Shown: positions 1 through 10,396, counted from the stretch's first letter. The stretch: 64,000 bases of DNA from an uncultured Verrucomicrobiae bacterium (GCA_963818965.1 CAWFUG010000009.1:192001-256000); one strand, 5' to 3'. The notes: a model not told the origin generated them from the letters alone. Program-made: numbers and translations.

Positions 1-325
1 CTTTCTCTTTTGCTCTTTGGGACTCGGGCTCATGATCTCGACTGTGACGAAGAATCAGATCTTCGCTTATCAGATCACGCTCATCGTCGGTTTTTTGCCC
101 GCTTATATCCTCTCTGGATTCCTCTTTGAAATCCATAGCATGCCTCAGTGGATTCAGATCCTCACTTACATCATCCCTGCGAAGTACTTCGTCCAAAGTT
201 TGCAGGCGCTCTTTCTGGTCGGGAATGTCTGGGAACTGATCCTCTTAAACATGATCCCGATCTTCGGCTTAGGCGTTCTCTTTTTTTGGATCACAGGCGT
301 AAAAACAGTGAAGAGGTTAGATTGA
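1..325 (+). CDS. ABC-2 type transporter permease, 3' part (runs off window)
   Basis: Hydrophobic ORF with LSGFLFEIHSMP..IPAKYF motif typical of YbhS-like ABC-2 permeases. Confidence 0.85.
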   Translation, partial: FLFCSLGLGLMISTVTKNQIFAYQITLIVGFLPAYILSGFLFEIHSMPQWIQILTYIIPAKYFVQSLQALFLVGNVWELILLNMIPIFGLGVLFFWITGVKTVKRLD

Positions 326-1476
326 GACAGGTTTTCATCCTCATTTGGAAAGAGCTTTTGACTGTGTTGCGCGACCAGAAAGTGCGCATTTCGATTTTAT
401 TGCCCCCGCTCATTCAGCTCTTCGTCTTCACATTTGCCGCAACGCTCGATGTCAAAGATGTCCCGATCGGCATTTTGAATCGGGACTCAGGAGAGAAGGC
501 CTTTGAGCTTGTCGAAAGATTTTACGGGACGAAGATCTTCAACAACAAGATCATCTTCCTCAAAGGGGTCGAACAGATCGCCCCTTTCATGGATACCCAG
601 AAAGGAGTGATGGTGGTCTCCATCGATGAGCAATTCTCCCGCAATCTCGACGCTGGAAAACCCGCAGATATTCAGCTCATCTTAGACGGAAGAAAGACGA
701 ACACCGCACAAATCGTCGCAGGTTATACACAGGAGATCATCAACCGCTTTAACAACGACTACACCGCACAGGCAGATTTATACCCTGCGCGCTCAAATGC
801 ACCATCCTCAAGCGCGCGGGGTATAAAAACACAAAACATAGAACTCGTTCCACGCACCTGGTTCAATCCGAATATCCTCTATTTTTGGTACAATATCCCC
901 TGTCTCGTCTGTGTCCTTTCGATGCTGATCTGTCTCGTCGTCACGACACAATCGGTAGCCAGAGAGCGGGAACTCGGCACCTTCGATCAGCTCCTCGTCT
1001 CGCCCCTGACTCCCCGAGTGATTTTGATCGGTAAAGTCGTCCCCGGCGTCATCGTCGGCTTTTGCGAAGGGCTCGTGATGCTCATCATCGGAACCTGCGT
1101 CTTCGGCGTGCCCTTTATGGGATCTTTGCCCCTGTTTTTATTTAGCCTCATCATCTTCGTCAGCTCGATCTGCGGCGTCGGCCTCTTTATCTCCTCCCTC
1201 TCTGCAACCCAGCAGCAGGCGATGCTCGGGACATTTGTCTTCATGCTCCCCTCCGTGCTCCTCTCAGGCTTTGCGACCCCGATCGAAAACATGCCCACCT
1301 GGCTCCAGCCCGTGACTTACCTTATCCCCCTTCGGTACATGCTCGTCATCTCGAAGGGGATTTTCCTCAAAGCGATGCCCGCTAGGATCGTCCTAGAAAA
1401 CCTCTGGCCCCTCTGCGTGATCGGCCTATGCAATGGCCTAGGGGCAGCTCTATTTTTCCGCAGGAGGCTCCCATGA
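322..1476 (+). CDS. ABC-2 type transporter permease (YbhR-like) carrying a 15-aa palindromic-element insert
   Basis: Probable TTG start overlapping upstream TGA, with GAGG RBS; motifs ARERELGTFDQLLVSP and LSGFATPIENMP. Confidence 0.88.
   Translation: MRQVFILIWKELLTVLRDQKVRISILLPPLIQLFVFTFAATLDVKDVPIGILNRDSGEKAFELVERFYGTKIFNNKIIFLKGVEQIAPFMDTQKGVMVVSIDEQFSRNLDAGKPADIQLILDGRKTNTAQIVAGYTQEIINRFNNDYTAQADLYPARSNAPSSSARGIKTQNIELVPRTWFNPNILYFWYNIPCLVCVLSMLICLVVTTQSVARERELGTFDQLLVSPLTPRVILIGKVVPGVIVGFCEGLVMLIIGTCVFGVPFMGSLPLFLFSLIIFVSSICGVGLFISSLSATQQQAMLGTFVFMLPSVLLSGFATPIENMPTWLQPVTYLIPLRYMLVISKGIFLKAMPARIVLENLWPLCVIGLCNGLGAALFFRRRLP
777..827. repeat. Short TA-flanked palindromic element, in frame in the permease
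   Basis: 17-bp inverted repeats (1 mismatch) TTTATACCCTGCGCGCT/AGCGCGCGGGGTATAAA; interior nearly identical to the right arm of the 47936-48030 element. Confidence 0.9.
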
Positions 1477-2948
1477 AAATTTGGAAATTCATCCCCCTTA
1501 TCTCTCTCGCAGGGTGCATGGTCGGCCCCAATTACAAAACCCCAAAAGATGACGTCGCAGACACTTGGGCCTCTCCTGAGTCTTCTGAAGTGGCAACGGA
1601 AGAGACGCCGCTGGTCGAGTGGTGGGAGATCTTCGACGACCCCCTTCTCTCCAAATACATCGCTATGGCAGCGGAATACAACAACGACGTTTTGACAGCG
1701 ACCGAGACGATCTTACAAGCGCGCGCCCTAAGACAAATCGCCGCCTCCTCATTTTTTCCCCAAATTGGCGCCGACGTAAATGCGACCCGCACCTACTTCA
1801 GTAAAAATGGCCCCCTCTTTGCCATCGGCCCCAGTACGGGCAGTGTCCCAGGGACTGTTTCAGGGACGACTGGACTCCCTTTTACGGTCCAAGTCCCTCA
1901 GACGCAAAATCTCTATAACGCTCTCTTTGATGCCTCTTGGGAGATCGATCTCTTCGGTAAGACCCGCAGATCTGTCGAAGCAGCAGACGCCGTGATCGGA
2001 CGGACGATCGAAGCGCGCAACGACACCCTCCTCTCCGTCATGGCAGAGATCGCACGCAATTATATCGAGCTGCGCGGTTTCCAAAAAAAGGGGGAGCTCA
2101 TCCGCGAAAATATCGCCCTTCTCGAGACTAAAGCGCTGCTCGTCGCAAGGCAATTGGCCGTCGGATATGTAAGCGATCTCAATGAAGAAGAGATCCAAGC
2201 GCAGCTCTCTACTGAACGCGCATTGCTCCCCGACATCGAAGCGCAGATCTACCGCAACATGTACACACTCTCTATCTTGACAGGAACTGTTCCTGAAACA
2301 CTCGTCTCTGAACTCTCCCCCGTGCAGCCCCTTCCCAAAACACCCCCACAAGTCGCCGTCGGTCTCCGCTCCGATCTGTTGCGCCGCAGACCAGACGTAC
2401 GTCGAGTCGAACGCGATCTCGCTGCCGCAACCGCCAATGTCGGCGTCGCTGTCGCCTCCTTCTTTCCCACCTTCACCCTGATCGGCGATGGGGGATTGCA
2501 GTCCCTTCTGCTCAGAAACCTCTTTTCTCTGCCCAGCAAGACCTGGGCGTTCGGAGGCGATTTCAATATCCCCATCTTCCAGGGGGGCAAGTTGACGGGT
2601 AATCTCAAACTGAGGCGCGCAGAAATGGCTGGCACAGCCTACACCTACCAACAAACCATCCTCAGTGCCCTCGAAGAGACAGAGAGCGCCATCGTCTCCT
2701 ACACACAAGACCTCTCCACCGCACGCGAGAGAAAACAAGCGACGCAACACTACGACGCCCTCGTTTTCTTAAGCCGCGAGCGTAAGGCACGCGGCCTCAC
2801 CAGCCTCCTCGACCTCATCGACACAGAGCGCACCCTCAACCAATCAGAGCAAGACCTCCTCCAAAGCGAAACGGCGGCCCTCCTCGACCTCATCAGCCTC
2901 TACAAAGCCCTCGGCGGCGGCTGGGAAAACATGCTAGATAACAATTAA
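1473..2948 (+). CDS. Efflux outer membrane factor lipoprotein (NodT/OprM/TolC family)
   Basis: Lipobox LAGC-MVGPNY; SWEIDLFG, RRRPDV and LYKALGGGW motifs; ATGA overlap with permease. Confidence 0.92.
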   Translation: MKIWKFIPLISLAGCMVGPNYKTPKDDVADTWASPESSEVATEETPLVEWWEIFDDPLLSKYIAMAAEYNNDVLTATETILQARALRQIAASSFFPQIGADVNATRTYFSKNGPLFAIGPSTGSVPGTVSGTTGLPFTVQVPQTQNLYNALFDASWEIDLFGKTRRSVEAADAVIGRTIEARNDTLLSVMAEIARNYIELRGFQKKGELIRENIALLETKALLVARQLAVGYVSDLNEEEIQAQLSTERALLPDIEAQIYRNMYTLSILTGTVPETLVSELSPVQPLPKTPPQVAVGLRSDLLRRRPDVRRVERDLAAATANVGVAVASFFPTFTLIGDGGLQSLLLRNLFSLPSKTWAFGGDFNIPIFQGGKLTGNLKLRRAEMAGTAYTYQQTILSALEETESAIVSYTQDLSTARERKQATQHYDALVFLSRERKARGLTSLLDLIDTERTLNQSEQDLLQSETAALLDLISLYKALGGGWENMLDNN

Positions 2949-3092
2949 ATAGGGTTCATCCGCTGAATACGTAAGCAAATACTATATTGTGAGCGGTAGG
3001 AAATGGTGGGAATGATATAATGATATGAATGATGAAGAGGAGAATGGTTTTATATGCAGAAGAACTTACAATCTGAATTAAGTTCGATAGAG

Positions 3093-3557
3093 TTAAGAGA
3101 GTGTATTTTGCTCAGTGTCTTCTAAAAGGAGTTTTAGAATTTTTTCGTATGCACTTTTAGCGCGTTTGATGAAAAAACGGCCCATAAGTGGAGCAAGTAG
3201 ACTCATGATAGATGTGTTTATAGTCAGGATCGTCTTTTCATAAGTGATTGCTCGAAAAACACAAGTAGAGATTTGAGTAAACAGAGGAACCTTCACTTGG
3301 TACGTATATTTCTTGATTGGATATATTTCTGTAATTAATATAGAAAAAGTCATGCTGCGGTTTTTGACTTTTGCTCTTATAACGGCACCCTCTCTGAGCT
3401 CTCCCTCTAGTTGACAAGACTCCAACCGATCATCCCATTTAGGGAAATTGTTTGGATTAGTCATAAAATCCCAAACTTTTTGAGAAGAGAGATTTATCTC
3501 CATGGAATATTCGTGAGAAAATTTGAACGCAAAGTGTTCAAAAGACCATTTCAACAT
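3093..3557 (-). CDS. SRPBCC (polyketide cyclase-like) family protein
   Basis: 154 aa with EIN..SQKVWDFMTNPNNFPKWD N-terminal motif. Confidence 0.65.
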   Translation of the reverse strand: MLKWSFEHFAFKFSHEYSMEINLSSQKVWDFMTNPNNFPKWDDRLESCQLEGELREGAVIRAKVKNRSMTFSILITEIYPIKKYTYQVKVPLFTQISTCVFRAITYEKTILTINTSIMSLLAPLMGRFFIKRAKSAYEKILKLLLEDTEQNTLS

Positions 3558-3667
3558 CAGTTTTATTTCCTATCTAAATTTGCCATTAAGATATCTAGAG
3601 CCACCATACAGTATGTTTTACAAGGAATCTTTCAAGTCTGGAATGTTTTCCCACCAAATTTTTTGTG

Positions 3668-3916
3668 TTATTTGATTTTTTCGTATTTATCTAAATAGCA
3701 CTCGGGAACTTCAATTGAGCTCCCATCACCGAATTCCACTGTGTAGAGCCAATTACCCATGTTAACATTAAACTTGTTAGACAGTCGTTCAGATTTCACT
3801 TGTTCCATTCCACATATGACTGCTATTTCTCCAGGGCAATAACATGAAGGCGCATTAGATTTAATGGTTATTAAATCATTCCACGTGAATAAGTTTGTTT
3901 TGTTTTCAAATTGCAT
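3668..3916 (-). CDS. Probable immunity protein of the RHS toxin
   Basis: Small AT-rich ORF 12 bp downstream of the RHS stop, same strand. Confidence 0.6.
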   Translation of the reverse strand: MQFENKTNLFTWNDLITIKSNAPSCYCPGEIAVICGMEQVKSERLSNKFNVNMGNWLYTVEFGDGSSIEVPECYLDKYEKIK

Positions 3917-3928
3917 AAAGTTTCACAT

Positions 3929-6900
3929 CTAGTAAATTGGCAGCCAAGGTGTTCCATCTGGATTTGTAATCCCTGGGACATGGGCATGAGGATTTTGTGA
4001 GCGAGGGTCTTGATGGACTGGACTAGGCGGATGACCTTTACCGTCTTTTCTCAGACCTGTAGCTTCCCCATCTTTATCTTTTTCTTGAATACATTTACCA
4101 TCCTTGGAACCTCCAAGCTGATGTCCTTCAGGGACAGGAATAATATTTCCTTTTGCATCTCCGATAAACACTTGATCATCTACAGGTCCATCAAAAGGAT
4201 TGGTATTCTGCTCTTTCTTTTTCTTTGCATCAAGCGCCTTGTTCAGCCCATACTGAGAAACACCACCGATATTTTGCACGATTTGGTGCGCAACTGCATT
4301 AAAATTTCTAGCAAACGAGCTGTGAGAATGCCGGTCCTGTTTCTCAAGCTCATGGGCAAGATACGCAGCCGCTAAAGCTACTACCAACGTCTTCACGGTC
4401 AGTGCCACTAAAGGAATCGCGATTACGAATTGTCCATCAGGATCTGTATACCGGAAGGGATTATTAAAGACATATTGGTAAAGATTCGTGCTGTCGACAA
4501 AGCCTGCGGGGTCTGTCGTGAGCCACCTTCCCAAACGGGGGTCGTAATAGCGCCTGCCAAAGTAGATGAGACCGAGCTCTGGATCGAATCGCTTTGAGGC
4601 AAACTGCCAGGGGTTAAAGAAGTCAGCCAGGACGGCTGACTGCAATGGCTCCCCAAAGGCTGTAAAATCGTAACTGTGTGTTGTTTTTCCATCCTTAATC
4701 TCGACAAGGCGTCGCACATTACCTTGCACGTCTAAGAGTGGTGCGAAGACTTTGGATCCTAACTCGATGCCCACTGTGGCTGGGCAGCCTTTTTGCTTGC
4801 CTAGACCCAATACTCTTAAGTTGTTGAGCTTCCCGCGGGGACTCAATGCGCCGATTTCATGTTGGCCGTGGTAGAGGTAGTGCTCTTGGGTCGTCTCTTG
4901 CCAGCCGTGATTTGTTTTGGCATAGAGGGTCTTGCTGAGGCGTCTTCCGAGGGGGTCGTAGAGGTAGGCGATTTTCTGATCGATAGAGGTCGCTGCGATG
5001 AGTCGATTGAGCGGATCATAAGTCAGCTGGAATGAGGTGGAAGGGGTGTCGAGAAGGAGTTGATTCCCATTGCGGTCGTAGGGAGTATTTATGCGCTCAT
5101 TGAGATCGTTTGTGGCGTAATGGGTGTCGTCTTTTTGGGTGCGATTGTGGAGGGAATTGTGTGCATAGGTGAGGTTATTTTCAGAAGAGAGTTGGGAGAG
5201 GGGGTCGTAGGTATAGTGGTGGTTTATACCGTCGTCAGTACGATCCGTTAGATTGCCGACGGGATCGTATTGGCACTCTTCAGTGAAATAGGGACTGGAA
5301 AGGGAGATTTTTTGCTCTTTGAGATTGATCCTATGAATGACGGGACCCAAGTCGCCGATTAACGCTTCTGAGACGAGATTGCCTCCTTTATCGTATTCTT
5401 CGTAGGTGTGTTGATAGAGGAACTCTCCATTGGAAGAGAGTCGCGTGACGTGGCGCAAGAAGAGAGGGTCGTAGCTGTAATGGACCTCTCCTAGGGATCC
5501 CATCTTTAAAGTGATGAGGCGATTAAAGGGGTCATATGTCTTTGTGACTTCGATCCCATTGGAGAAGCTCTCTTGGAGGACATTCCCAGAAGGATCGACC
5601 TGACGCTCTATGGCGCTGTTTTGGTTCTCATCGACCGCTTCGAGTAGATGACCCAAGCGATCGTGGGTAAATGCGTGGTGGATGCTGCCATCAGAGGAAT
5701 CGAGGCGGCTTAGGGAGCCTAAAGGGTCATAGCTGTAGGAGAGGGTTGCTCCGCCGGGGGGTGTCTTCGTTGCCATTTTCCCTGAAGGGAAATAAGTATA
5801 CGCTGTCGTTCTCGCCTCTTGCGTACCAAAGGCTCTCGTGCAGCTTTCGATCTGATGGCACGGAGTATAGGTATACTGGGTAATCTGGGTCCCTTGAAGC
5901 TGTTTATTTTCAAAGACGAGGTCTTTTCTGAATGAGAGGTTGCCGTGAGGGTCGTAGCTCATTTCTTGGCGAGCGATGAGCCCATCTTTTATGGTCTCTT
6001 TTTTTACGGGTTTAGCAAAGGCGTCGTGGGTCTCGCGGGTCAGGAGGAGAGGGTCTATCGTGGTGGTTTGCAAGACTCTTTGACCCAGGGTGTTTTTGCA
6101 ATTTTCATCGTAGAATGTCTTCGTGGAATGCCCTTCAGGATCCTCTTTTTTTGTGTGTCTGCCGAAGGAATCATATGAGAAAATCTCTTTCGCTTCTTTC
6201 CCATTGCGGTAGTGTGTGATACTCGTTTGGTTCCCATCTGCATCGTAGGTATAGCTGACTTTAAAGAGGGTTTGCTCAGATGAGTCTGCATGCCGCTCTT
6301 CGAGGAGCTGTCCCTCGAGATCTCTTGTGTAGTGGATAAAAAGGGTGTTATTTTTACAAACTGTGGCGACTCGTCCTAGGGAGTCGTAGATCACTTCTGA
6401 ACTCTTGCCACAGAACTCTTCTCTGATCTTTCTTCCGGCACCATCGTAAAAGTGCTGTCTGAGGTTTCCCTCTTTGTCGGTCTCTTGCAGGAGATGAAAT
6501 CCGTTGTAGGCAAATGTCTCCTCTGCAAGGGCTTTTCCCTCTGGAGAGGTGTAAGTTTTAGAGAGAGTCCGCCCTAAGACATCGTATGTGTAGTGGATCG
6601 CCAGACCATCGAGCTGGGTATGTGTGTGTAATTTTCCATTTTTTGTGTACCTGAAGAGTTCTTTGCCGCCATCGGGGTAAAGAATTTCAGTGGGGGAGCC
6701 GTAGATATTGTACTGGTAGGTCGTGACGTTGCCAGTGGCGTCTGTTTGGGTCAGGGCCCGGCCCAGGGTGTCATAAGTACAGTAGGTGGTGACGGGAATG
6801 GGTTGTCCCTCATCTGAAGCGAGGGGAGGAAAATCGGTCTTTATGACTGTATTGACGAGCGGGTTATAGACATAGTGCGTGACATTGTCGAAGGGGTCTT

Positions 6901-9001
6901 GTTTTTGGATCTTGCGATTGTAGAAATCGTAGTCCCAAGAAGTGGTATGCTGAACCCCTTCTACTGCTTGTTCTATTTTTTGTTTGAGCCTAGCGTTGGC
7001 GTCGTAGTGGTAAGTGGTCGAGAGACGCTCAGAAAAGTTGCGAGAGGTCTCGAGGTGGCCACGTGCGTTATAGCTATGGGTTGCCGTTTGTCCCAAGCTG
7101 TTGGTCTCTGCGAGGAGATTTCCCGCTTCATTGTAGATTTTGTAGAGGTTGTAGGCATAGTTCCCTTCTGCATCGTACACTTCTTCTTCGGAGATGTTAC
7201 CGTGTGCGTCGTAAGAGAGATGTGTTTTTTTTAGGAGCTTTTCTCCACCTGATTTTAGGGAAGTCTCTTCGATCCATTCGGGCATATGGAGAAAAGGGGA
7301 AGACTGGCGCAGGGTGTATCTTTTCTGCGTTCTTTGTGTCATGCTGCTTAAATCGTCTAGGGACTCTCCGGAGCCATCGTCAGAGATTTCCCGAATGAGT
7401 TGGTGACAATCATCGTAGACGAAAAATTCTCTCAAGAGAATTTCATCTCCTTTTTTTGTCAGTTTGGAAGTGATGAGGTTGGTGTTCGGGAGATACGACC
7501 AGCAGACGACTTTCCCCTCTTCCATTTCTTCTCTTAAAAGAAGGTGTCTTCCCTCGTTTGAAAAAACTCTTCTAATCGTTACAGTCTCTGGATATCCCTC
7601 TCCTGATAAATCTCCGGTAAATGTCTCGACGATGGGGTTGCCAAAGCTATCGTATTCATACGATTTTTTAAACAGCGTGTGTCCGTACTCATCTTTTACC
7701 TCTAGAGAAGCCAACCAATTTCTCTCGTTCCAGAAGAACAATTTTTCCTTTTTGATACTGCCGTCTTGCCCAAAATAGTGGATCGAAGTGGTGAGCAGGT
7801 CCTGAGAGAAATGATAGAGGGTCGATGTCCCATCGCTATTTTTAACGGTGGTCGAGCCTCCTCGGTGCCCTGCTACAGGCGGCACATAGCTGATGTCACA
7901 AATAGGCGCAAAAACATCTTCGAGTCCCACCGGCATCTGAACTTTGCCCACTTTGTAGTGGGGAATCCCCTCACCAAACCCAAAGTTGCCGACATTGAAA
8001 ATTTGATCCTTGCCGTAGCGGTTACATAGAAGAAGGTTCGAACAATACTCTAAACATTCATGGCGGTAGAAGGGGCTACCGACGAAAGTTAAAAGGGGTG
8101 GAGAAAGGGGATGAACCCCTCGCTTCTTGCCATCCTCTTTCCATTTCCAAGAGAACGGGATTTTTTGATAACCATAATCCACTGTTACTCCTGAAGAGGA
8201 GATAAAATGGACGTGTTTTTCTTGGGGAGATCCTGTGACATGAAGAGTCGCGTAGACATAGCGCTCTTGGGGGTCGAGGCTCTCTACACGTTCGAGACAA
8301 CCGCGCGCTGTGTAATGGTATTTGAGGATTTTTCCATTGGGGAGGATTTCTTTTTCGAGCAGGAACATCGCGCCCACCTTGCTTCTAAAGTAGCTCCGCG
8401 TCGTGCCCTCTGGAGAAAAAACTCTGACTTTGTTTCCTTCGATCCATAGGCGCGTGTTTCGAGGATCGTACTTTCCACTCGGTACGTCTCCCACTACGTT
8501 GCTGATCGCGTAAGGGGGATCTACTAGAGAGGTCGTCCCATCAGGAGACCCTGACAAGAGAAAATCGAGCGTCATTCCATTGGAGTCTGAAAGGCGTAAG
8601 CTATATCTACTGGGGTGAGATTGAATGGAGAGCCCTAAGTGGGGAAAAAACTGCCATCCTTTGTAGTTCTTGTGGGCATAGTTGTACAACGCCTGTTTTT
8701 CATATTCTTTTGGATCGATCTTAATCTTTTTATCGTGCTGACGGTGTGGAAAATGACAAGGGATATAAGGAGGAATGTACACGCGGCTTAAAACGATCTC
8801 TTGTGCACCCTTGATGATGAGATCGGTTTCTCTTAAGGCGATTTGTCCTCCTAGGGGACTAACCACTCCTCCGATGAGGTAGGTGGATTCGCTTCTCAGC
8901 GCTGCGATTTGCTCAGGAGTCGAGAGGATGAGATCATCCTCTTCATCGGCAGACGCGATGAGAGTGGCCAAGAGAAAACAGAGCAGACTGATCGTGCGCA
9001 T
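3929..9001 (-). CDS. RHS/YD-repeat polymorphic toxin with N-terminal signal peptide
   Basis: Many YD repeats; core end RYYDPRLGRWLTTDP...NLYQYVFNNPFRYTDPDG followed by a distinct C-terminal domain. Confidence 0.92.
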   Translation of the reverse strand: MRTISLLCFLLATLIASADEEDDLILSTPEQIAALRSESTYLIGGVVSPLGGQIALRETDLIIKGAQEIVLSRVYIPPYIPCHFPHRQHDKKIKIDPKEYEKQALYNYAHKNYKGWQFFPHLGLSIQSHPSRYSLRLSDSNGMTLDFLLSGSPDGTTSLVDPPYAISNVVGDVPSGKYDPRNTRLWIEGNKVRVFSPEGTTRSYFRSKVGAMFLLEKEILPNGKILKYHYTARGCLERVESLDPQERYVYATLHVTGSPQEKHVHFISSSGVTVDYGYQKIPFSWKWKEDGKKRGVHPLSPPLLTFVGSPFYRHECLEYCSNLLLCNRYGKDQIFNVGNFGFGEGIPHYKVGKVQMPVGLEDVFAPICDISYVPPVAGHRGGSTTVKNSDGTSTLYHFSQDLLTTSIHYFGQDGSIKKEKLFFWNERNWLASLEVKDEYGHTLFKKSYEYDSFGNPIVETFTGDLSGEGYPETVTIRRVFSNEGRHLLLREEMEEGKVVCWSYLPNTNLITSKLTKKGDEILLREFFVYDDCHQLIREISDDGSGESLDDLSSMTQRTQKRYTLRQSSPFLHMPEWIEETSLKSGGEKLLKKTHLSYDAHGNISEEEVYDAEGNYAYNLYKIYNEAGNLLAETNSLGQTATHSYNARGHLETSRNFSERLSTTYHYDANARLKQKIEQAVEGVQHTTSWDYDFYNRKIQKQDPFDNVTHYVYNPLVNTVIKTDFPPLASDEGQPIPVTTYCTYDTLGRALTQTDATGNVTTYQYNIYGSPTEILYPDGGKELFRYTKNGKLHTHTQLDGLAIHYTYDVLGRTLSKTYTSPEGKALAEETFAYNGFHLLQETDKEGNLRQHFYDGAGRKIREEFCGKSSEVIYDSLGRVATVCKNNTLFIHYTRDLEGQLLEERHADSSEQTLFKVSYTYDADGNQTSITHYRNGKEAKEIFSYDSFGRHTKKEDPEGHSTKTFYDENCKNTLGQRVLQTTTIDPLLLTRETHDAFAKPVKKETIKDGLIARQEMSYDPHGNLSFRKDLVFENKQLQGTQITQYTYTPCHQIESCTRAFGTQEARTTAYTYFPSGKMATKTPPGGATLSYSYDPLGSLSRLDSSDGSIHHAFTHDRLGHLLEAVDENQNSAIERQVDPSGNVLQESFSNGIEVTKTYDPFNRLITLKMGSLGEVHYSYDPLFLRHVTRLSSNGEFLYQHTYEEYDKGGNLVSEALIGDLGPVIHRINLKEQKISLSSPYFTEECQYDPVGNLTDRTDDGINHHYTYDPLSQLSSENNLTYAHNSLHNRTQKDDTHYATNDLNERINTPYDRNGNQLLLDTPSTSFQLTYDPLNRLIAATSIDQKIAYLYDPLGRRLSKTLYAKTNHGWQETTQEHYLYHGQHEIGALSPRGKLNNLRVLGLGKQKGCPATVGIELGSKVFAPLLDVQGNVRRLVEIKDGKTTHSYDFTAFGEPLQSAVLADFFNPWQFASKRFDPELGLIYFGRRYYDPRLGRWLTTDPAGFVDSTNLYQYVFNNPFRYTDPDGQFVIAIPLVALTVKTLVVALAAAYLAHELEKQDRHSHSSFARNFNAVAHQIVQNIGGVSQYGLNKALDAKKKKEQNTNPFDGPVDDQVFIGDAKGNIIPVPEGHQLGGSKDGKCIQEKDKDGEATGLRKDGKGHPPSPVHQDPRSQNPHAHVPGITNPDGTPWLPIY

Positions 9002-9123
9002 GATACCACTTCCTTACAATTTTTTTGCAGGATGACGTGTCAAGTGTATCTATGCGCGCTCAATTTTTTCCAGATATTTTTGAAATTTTCAGTAGCGCCT
9101 CGCTTCTTTCGTAGGCAAGATCT

Positions 9124-9206
9124 AATACCAATCCTCGAATTTGGCCGATTCATAAGCTCCTGCGATCGTCAAACCGTGGGAGCTTATGAAGCCCTCAAAT
9201 GCATCA
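9124..9206. repeat. Degenerate, chimeric copy of the palindromic element family
   Basis: 12-bp IR TTCATAAGCTCC/GGAGCTTATGAA; shares CGAATTTGGCCG, ATAAGCTCC.GCGAT and CTCAAATGCA.CAT with other copies. Confidence 0.65.
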
Positions 9207-9225
9207 TTTTCCTTTTTGCAGAGAC

Positions 9226-10101
9226 CTATTTTTTGTTGAATAGGGGAGTGACGGCTCCCACTCCTGTCAGAATAAACAATGCGCCTAGATAAAAAGTCCA
9301 AGTGAACTGTTCTTCTAGGAAAATTGCTCCAAATACCATCGCAAAGATAGGGATGAGAATGAGAGCTAAGGACGCATACGTGGCCCCGCTCAATTGGATG
9401 CTCTTGTAATAAAAGTAATAGGCGAGAACTGTAGAGATTACGGTAAGGGCGAGTATTGACAAAATAGAGGTCATTGAAGGCAGCAATAGACCACCAGGAA
9501 AGTCGATGAAAAGAGCAATAGGAAGCAAAATAAGCGTGGATATGATGAGCTGAAACGTAAGGGCGACGATTGCTGGAACATTTCGAAGATGTATTCTCGC
9601 ATACACAGTCCCGGCCCCTATGCTACAACTCGCAAGAACGACCAGCAACAGCCCCCATTGACTCTCCGTCGTTTCTTGTGAAATAGTCGGCAGATAGATG
9701 AAGCAAAGGCCGATGATTCCAGCGCACAGTCCCATGATCTTCTTTCGCGTCAGCCGTTCATGCTGCCCGAAAAAATGAGCGAGGACCACCGTAACGATAA
9801 GGGCCAAACTGACGAGAAGCCCAGCGAGAGAGCTCGAAATATAGCGCTCTCCCCAGCTAATCAGCGAAAAGGGAATCGCATTTAATGTGAGTCCCATAAC
9901 AGCAAATTGGGGAAGCAGCTTTTTCCACTGCCATAGCTTTTGCTTCTGTATGAGACACAAAAAATAAACGATCACAGACGCAATGCCGACGCGGAGCAGA
10001 GCTATATTAATAGGGGAAACGTCTATAACAGCCAGCTTAATAAAAAGGTAGGCAGGCCCCCAACAGAGCGCACTCAATAATAATAAAATCAACCCTGTCA
10101 T
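9226..10101 (-). CDS. EamA/DMT family transporter
   Basis: 291 aa, about 10 TM segments, LCWG..and IFLEEQFT motifs. Confidence 0.88.
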   Translation of the reverse strand: MTGLILLLLSALCWGPAYLFIKLAVIDVSPINIALLRVGIASVIVYFLCLIQKQKLWQWKKLLPQFAVMGLTLNAIPFSLISWGERYISSSLAGLLVSLALIVTVVLAHFFGQHERLTRKKIMGLCAGIIGLCFIYLPTISQETTESQWGLLLVVLASCSIGAGTVYARIHLRNVPAIVALTFQLIISTLILLPIALFIDFPGGLLLPSMTSILSILALTVISTVLAYYFYYKSIQLSGATYASLALILIPIFAMVFGAIFLEEQFTWTFYLGALFILTGVGAVTPLFNKK

Positions 10102-10396
10102 GAATATCTCCCATTAAGAGCCTGTCTATAATTTCAGCCGTTTTGCTTTTCGCGTCTTTTTGTTTTGATTCGATTCCTCGGTCTAGTTAATTTAACTATT
10201 TCCTGCGGGATCGATTTAATGGCAAAAAATACATCGAAAATGGTTACTATATCTCAATTAGTTTTCAAAAAACCTACAGTTTCTTCAAGTTTTGATTTTT
10301 TCTTCATGGTACAAAACAGCGGATTTATTCGTGTATATCCGTAATATTATACCAAAATATAGGGAATGTCGATAAAAAATCGATTCAAAGCCAAAT

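Noticed and set aside
148..321. N-terminal extension of the 442-aa permease ORF
   Set aside because: Overlaps the upstream permease in another frame; TTG at 322 with an RBS is the more plausible start.
1860..2750. 296-aa antisense ORF and similar long shadow ORFs (e.g. 35764-36516, 43913-44542)
   Set aside because: Antisense to well-supported genes, with no recognisable motifs.
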